DNA from: an uncultured virus (IMG/VR IMGVR_UViG_3300046758_000519)
Taxonomy: Duplodnaviria; Heunggongvirae; Uroviricota; Caudoviricetes
Strand: one strand, 5' to 3'
Length of the DNA stretch: 20,000 nt
Virus record (IMG/VR): IMGVR_UViG_3300046758_000519
Position numbers and translations under genes: made by a program
Notes under the pieces: model-generated
The model's database searches: none
Seen by the model: the letters and a program-made list of their open reading frames with translations, nothing else
Told to the model about the DNA's origin: nothing
Shown: positions 15,850 to 20,000 of the stretch, piece after piece
Layout: each line of letters opens with the position of its first letter
How positions within the stretch are numbered: position 1 is the stretch's first letter

Positions 15850-17208
15850 TTAAAGATTTTCAATTCCATCATATACTTCCTTAAATGTATATGTGGATGT
15901 TCCGATATCATCGTATTTATTATATGGTAATCTGCACGCCTGTGGAGCATAATCACGATTTCTGTTAAAAATATCAAGTCGTAATGTTTTCTCTAATTCT
16001 AACCATCGTTTGAATATCAAATAATCACCATAATCAATTTGCAAATCGTCAGGATGAGGTTCAGAGCAATCTAATGAAGGTGTTGGGGTTGGGGTAGCAC
16101 AATTTGGTATCTCGTTTAAAATATCAGAATCAATTCGGTCTGCCCATCCTGCATCTGTTAAAAAAACCACAACCTGTGTTACTTCAAAATTTAAATTTTC
16201 AAATTTATGTTGTAGTGTATGCACTCCAGACTCAACACCAGAAAATGTTTTTCCAACTCCAAATTCACCAGGTTTCAAATGAATAAACAAATTTGTGGAA
16301 GTTTCTATATTATATTCAACACTTATATCAAGTTCACCATCAGTTACACAACAATCTTTAATTCTTACTGAGTTATTTGCTATAACACTTGGTGTTGGTG
16401 TTGGGGTTTGATGACACTCCTCACGATAAACTGGACATTGGTATTTTGCAGTTGTCAAGTCAGGCAAACACTTTGCAAGTGGATATTCTCCACGATCTTT
16501 ATTATATTCTTCGAGTGTTGCAGGTTGTGTTAATACAAAACGTTCCAAAATAAGTAAATCAAGTTCATCAACTTCTCCGTCCATATTCCAATCAGAACTT
16601 AAATCGGTAGTTGCAGGAACCAAATATTCAGTTGCTTCTATTTTAGATTGAGCAACGCAATCAATCTTCAATAACTCCGAAAACGATATGCCTGTAAAAT
16701 TTTCTGTTTGGTTTATATTAGATAAAGCAAATTCCAAAGTGCTTTGTTCTGGATGTTCTACCTCCCCAATTAAAATATTTAACGCAACATTGGTATCATC
16801 ACTATTTACACCGTTACCTGTTTGATTGATATCTCCGTATTTGTAGTAAGCATCATATGAACATCCTTCATAAGATACTTCAAGTGTAGTTGTTCCAGTT
16901 TGCTTTGTAAAACTACTATATGGTTTATCGGATATAGTAGGTATTGTACTTACCGCAGGTACCACACTTGCATTTTCAATAAAAACCGCAACATTTTCAG
17001 GTTTACCCTGTGCCAACCACCCCCATGTTATTTCATATTCCTCGGATGTAATTACTTTATCTGAATTTAAATCTTGTAAAAAAATGTTATCGAGAAAATC
17101 TTGGGGGAAGGTTTCCTTTGATATTTTTTCAATTTTGATTTTATCGTGTGTAACGATTGCATCACGAAGATTTATTAATTGAGTATAATCAGTCGTTACT
17201 ATTTCCAT
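15850..17208 (-). CDS. Modular acidic protein with dockerin/EF-hand-like Ca-binding loops, internal repeats and two TPTPTPS linkers; probable virion/surface protein
   Basis: Loops DLNSDKVITSEE, GDINQTGNGVNSDD...ALSNINQTENFTGISFSELL (degenerate dockerin pair) and DWNMDGEVDELD. TPTPTPS occurs twice, flanking a beta-rich domain. The structural role is inferred. Confidence 0.55.
   Translation of the reverse strand: MEIVTTDYTQLINLRDAIVTHDKIKIEKISKETFPQDFLDNIFLQDLNSDKVITSEEYEITWGWLAQGKPENVAVFIENASVVPAVSTIPTISDKPYSSFTKQTGTTTLEVSYEGCSYDAYYKYGDINQTGNGVNSDDTNVALNILIGEVEHPEQSTLEFALSNINQTENFTGISFSELLKIDCVAQSKIEATEYLVPATTDLSSDWNMDGEVDELDLLILERFVLTQPATLEEYNKDRGEYPLAKCLPDLTTAKYQCPVYREECHQTPTPTPSVIANNSVRIKDCCVTDGELDISVEYNIETSTNLFIHLKPGEFGVGKTFSGVESGVHTLQHKFENLNFEVTQVVVFLTDAGWADRIDSDILNEIPNCATPTPTPSLDCSEPHPDDLQIDYGDYLIFKRWLELEKTLRLDIFNRNRDYAPQACRLPYNKYDDIGTSTYTFKEVYDGIENL
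16075..16095 (-). repeat. Pro-Thr linker TPTPTPS (copy 2)
   Basis: Seen directly in the translation, aa 372-378 of ORF 15850-17208. Confidence 0.85.
16387..16407 (-). repeat. Pro-Thr linker TPTPTPS (copy 1)
   Basis: Seen directly in the translation, aa 268-274 of ORF 15850-17208. Confidence 0.85.
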
Positions 17209-18376
17209 AACTATTTTTCATTATATACTCAAGTTCTTCATATTCAAAATAACAATCAATATATGATAGTATATGATTTACACGACCACCTCTCACAGCA
17301 TCTGGCTTATGAGTTAACCATAACAATTCCGTTGTCATATCGGTACCAGAAACATTATAATAAGCAGTTTTATTTTCATAAGAGAAATTTACAATATCAA
17401 TTGAATTATCGTGAGTATGACTTTTGCATATGTACTTTGGTTTATTCTCTATAAAATCATCTACGAGTAAGTAAAATCCTTCGTCATCTTTGCTTAAACA
17501 CGATACATCATAAGATTTTCCTTTCCCAGTTTCATAGTCAAAAACAATAGAATCACCTATTTTAAAATTACTTACATCACAATATATTTTAGTTCCACCA
17601 ATGTAATAAAATGATCCAAAAATATTTGAATTTAAACGTGAATGTAAATCTTTAACATTTTCATTTTTAACTTTCAATAAATTTGAAGATAATATTTCAA
17701 AAGTTTGCATACCGTTCAAAGTAACCAAATTTGATTTTTGAACATAAACATTTATTTCTTTTTTTCCAGCTGGCAAAGTATCATTAGTCACCAAAATCAA
17801 ATCATCATTATCTACATAACTACTTTTAATTTCATAAGACTTTTCAAAAAAAGAAGTCTGATTTACGTTTCTTTTATTAAATTGTGTATTATATGCAATT
17901 TGCACTCCACGATACTGAGTGCTTGAAGCAAATGTTCTATTTGCAATAAAATACGCAGGAGATGAAAAATTCAATTTACCTGCGTTTAGTTTTTCTGAAA
18001 TATATATTCTTACTTTATTTTTTCCCAATTTTTCAATAATCGAGTCAGGTGTCAAATATGATTTAAGCATAATTGATTTAGTTCCTAACTCTTTTAATAA
18101 AAAGTAATTAGAATAATCATACGCATCTGCACTTTTTTGAGAATCTATAAATAGTTTTAAATTGTTACTCGGCATCCTAAATTTATTTGGATGTGTTGTA
18201 TAATGATTAGACAATACTTTGAAGTCATCTTTCTTTGAAACTCCATTTAATTCCACTTTTGAAGATGGTTGCAAAGTAAATTTTCTTGTACCGAAAAAGA
18301 TACTTTTTTTGTTGTTTATTTTTAAACTAACAGGTATATTATCGTTTACAGTAATTGTTAGATCGTAATTGCTCAT
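17189..18376 (-). CDS. Hypothetical protein (beta-rich, possibly structural)
   Basis: 395 aa ORF, co-directional, overlaps the next gene by 20 nt, and is preceded by the ATATTTATA motif. No recognisable catalytic motif. Confidence 0.7.
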   Translation of the reverse strand: MSNYDLTITVNDNIPVSLKINNKKSIFFGTRKFTLQPSSKVELNGVSKKDDFKVLSNHYTTHPNKFRMPSNNLKLFIDSQKSADAYDYSNYFLLKELGTKSIMLKSYLTPDSIIEKLGKNKVRIYISEKLNAGKLNFSSPAYFIANRTFASSTQYRGVQIAYNTQFNKRNVNQTSFFEKSYEIKSSYVDNDDLILVTNDTLPAGKKEINVYVQKSNLVTLNGMQTFEILSSNLLKVKNENVKDLHSRLNSNIFGSFYYIGGTKIYCDVSNFKIGDSIVFDYETGKGKSYDVSCLSKDDEGFYLLVDDFIENKPKYICKSHTHDNSIDIVNFSYENKTAYYNVSGTDMTTELLWLTHKPDAVRGGRVNHILSYIDCYFEYEELEYIMKNSYGNSND

Positions 18377-18380
18377 TGAA

Positions 18381-18389
18381 TATAAATAT
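18381..18389 (-). promoter_or_regulatory. Candidate phage promoter element ATATTTATA, 4 nt before ATG
   Basis: Recurrent intergenic motif ATATTTATW, also at 1363, 5617, 9758, 14260 and 18915. Confidence 0.5.
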
Positions 18390-18492
18390 ACATATTATTT
18401 ATATTCCAATAAATAAATTCTATACGTTTTTACAATATATAGAAAAAAAAATATAACCTTTAAATATAACTTTAATTATTTACCAAGTAATC

Positions 18493-18876
18493 TTAGAGCA
18501 TATACTTTGCCAAATCAATCTCGAATGTACGAAATTCTTTCCTACATTCTCCATCGTTTCCATAAAGGAAAAATTGACAAGTTAGTTTTGCACGTGGTTT
18601 GAGATCATAGTGATCAACAGAAATGTTAGCAATTCCGTCTTTATGACCACCAAAAAACAATACACGTTTACCCCAACTCACTTTAAGTTCAAGACGACCA
18701 GGATCGTTCTTATAATTAGGAAACTCGGTTGGAAATCTTACAGAAACTCCATAGGTGTGACCTTGCACGATCACATCACCATTTACCTTTTTTCCCCATT
18801 TATTTAACGAACCAGCAAACTCTCCCCCAAATATGTCTTTGAAGACTTGTTTTTTACTTGTTGTATTCTTATCCAT
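18493..18876 (-). CDS. Hypothetical protein
   Basis: 127 aa ORF with a strong SD (GGAGG at 18885-18889), flanked by AT-rich spacers. Confidence 0.75.
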   Translation of the reverse strand: MDKNTTSKKQVFKDIFGGEFAGSLNKWGKKVNGDVIVQGHTYGVSVRFPTEFPNYKNDPGRLELKVSWGKRVLFFGGHKDGIANISVDHYDLKPRAKLTCQFFLYGNDGECRKEFRTFEIDLAKYML

Positions 18877-18944
18877 CGTTAGATCCTCCGTTAATTTGAT
18901 TCATATGATTCAATAATAAATATAATATATAATAAATTATTATA

Positions 18945-19889
18945 TCAAATACACTCAACAACATTAAATAAATTATGAGTACAACTTGAGTCATATATTC
19001 TTACTTCTGCAATTTTGTATTGTTCTTCGTCTATATTTTCATAAGGAATGTAAAAATCAAGTATATTATTTATATTTTCTTCATAATCTATTCCATCTCC
19101 GTCTAAATCTAAAAATCCAAAGTTTGAAATTTTATTACTCGGTTCATCACCATTAAGTCTTCTTCCATAATCATAATATACATTAGTATATTTTTTTAAT
19201 CTACTTACGAGTTCAGAATCAAATTCGTCCCAAGATGTATCAATCGCAGGACTTCCACTTCTAATGCGAATTGAATTTGCGGAAGCATTTGCCTTGAATT
19301 CTACGTTATCAAATACTACCTCAATTGCTTTTATTTTTCCATTTGTAGGTGTTGGGTCAATTGTACTTAAATCTATTTTTAAGTTTATATATACATCATC
19401 TTCAATAACGGCATCTATTAAAGTACAAGAACATCCAATTTTCTGAATTAATCCTTCATGTGATATTACAAATAAGTCTGCATCTTTTGTAGGTAAATGT
19501 TTTATGGAAAATGAAAGTGATTGTGCAAGTCCACTTTGAATTAAATTATTATAATATGTAGTAAATTCGGTCATATTATTTGGATATACTCCTCCAGTTC
19601 CAACTAGATATGCCTGATACGCACTGAATATATTTACATCATCAGTAACAATGACTCCTGTTTCTGTAAAATCTGCACAATCCATTTCTGGTAAATGCAT
19701 TATTTCGTTACCAAGTGCAGTTGCCAAACCACTTGATACTAAATTTTGATAATATGTTTTAAACTGATCTAAGTCAGGAAATACATTACCAGAACCAACT
19801 AAATATGCTTGAAATGCACTATAAATATCAATATCATCGGTTAAAAATGATCCTGTTTCGGTGTAATCATCACAGCAACAAAAATTCAT
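18945..19889 (-). CDS. Acidic hypothetical protein with tandem ~65 aa N-terminal repeats bearing Ca-loop-like motifs
   Basis: 314 aa, SD GAGGT at 19896-19900. aa 6-70 and aa 71-136 share 37 identities by manual alignment. DLDGDGID lies near the C-terminus. Confidence 0.75.
   Translation of the reverse strand: MNFCCCDDYTETGSFLTDDIDIYSAFQAYLVGSGNVFPDLDQFKTYYQNLVSSGLATALGNEIMHLPEMDCADFTETGVIVTDDVNIFSAYQAYLVGTGGVYPNNMTEFTTYYNNLIQSGLAQSLSFSIKHLPTKDADLFVISHEGLIQKIGCSCTLIDAVIEDDVYINLKIDLSTIDPTPTNGKIKAIEVVFDNVEFKANASANSIRIRSGSPAIDTSWDEFDSELVSRLKKYTNVYYDYGRRLNGDEPSNKISNFGFLDLDGDGIDYEENINNILDFYIPYENIDEEQYKIAEVRIYDSSCTHNLFNVVECI
19482..19874 (-). repeat. Two tandem intragenic repeats of 65/66 codons
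   Basis: CDDYTETGSFLTDDIDIYSAFQAYLVGSG...IMHLPEMD versus CADFTETGVIVTDDVNIFSAYQAYLVGTG...IKHLPTKD. Confidence 0.9.
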
Positions 19890-19898
19890 TTATATACC

Positions 19899-20000
19899 TC
19901 ACAGAAAGAATATTTTATCATTTGTAGTTCCATCTGTTGATGGATAGTAAAAATAAAATTCATTGATATTAACTGGGTCGTTATTTTTCTTGGGAATTGC
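19899..20000 (-). CDS. C-terminal fragment of an upstream gene (5'-truncated by window edge)
   Basis: The frame reading ...AIPKKNNDPVNINEFYFYYPSTDGTTNDKIFFL* ends at TGA 19899-19901. A second frame ending at 19886 is also open, so the frame is not certain. Confidence 0.5.
   Translation of the reverse strand, partial: AIPKKNNDPVNINEFYFYYPSTDGTTNDKIFFL

Noticed and set aside
18377..18492. Longest AT-rich spacer as a possible ncRNA, origin or CRISPR remnant; it also has one minus-strand TATAAATA at 18396-18403
   Set aside because: No stable stem, iterons or repeat-spacer pattern were seen. A single T4-late-like octamer is expected by chance at this AT content.
384..19446. All plus-strand ORFs in the track (e.g. 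384-650, 2301-2768, 5106-5444, 17179-17454)
   Set aside because: They are short antisense shadows of long minus-strand genes, with Phe/Ile/Ser-rich composition typical of reverse frames and no recognisable domains.
1..20000. Eukaryotic giant virus (NCLDV) origin, suggested by gmd/fcl, GT77 and sulfotransferases
   Set aside because: Disfavoured but not excluded. SD motifs (GGAG/AGGAG/GGAGG), GTG starts, ATGA/GTGA overlaps and 20 kb of single-strand operon-like packing indicate prokaryotic translation.
1..20000. Stop-codon reassignment as seen in some large phages
   Set aside because: Genes are full length and densely packed under the standard code, and TAA, TAG and TGA all occur at natural protein ends.

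Overview
An AT-rich (roughly 25-30% GC by eye), gene-dense window with every credible gene on the minus strand. It is most consistent with a large or jumbo bacteriophage: Shine-Dalgarno sites precede several genes, start and stop codons overlap, a recurrent intergenic promoter-like motif is present, and there are no housekeeping genes. Transcription runs right to left. It begins with probable virion or surface proteins carrying dockerin/EF-hand-like Ca-binding loops, a shared ~45-65 aa repeat module and TPTPTPS linkers (15.8-20 kb). A ~14.4 kb glycan-biosynthesis island follows. It contains a fucosyltransferase-like enzyme, gmd and fcl (GDP-L-fucose), GDP-mannose 3,5-epimerase (GDP-L-galactose), five sulfotransferases, a GT4, a GT77-like transferase, a DUF1796 protein, and three paralogues of an uncharacterised GT-A-like domain, one fused to a second fucosyltransferase-like domain. 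The window ends in a MORC-like GHKL ATPase that the ORF track missed because it runs off the left edge. The main hypothesis is a virus-encoded pathway for a sulfated fucose/L-galactose glycan, possibly decorating the neighbouring structural proteins. All assignments come from manual motif recognition, with no database searches.
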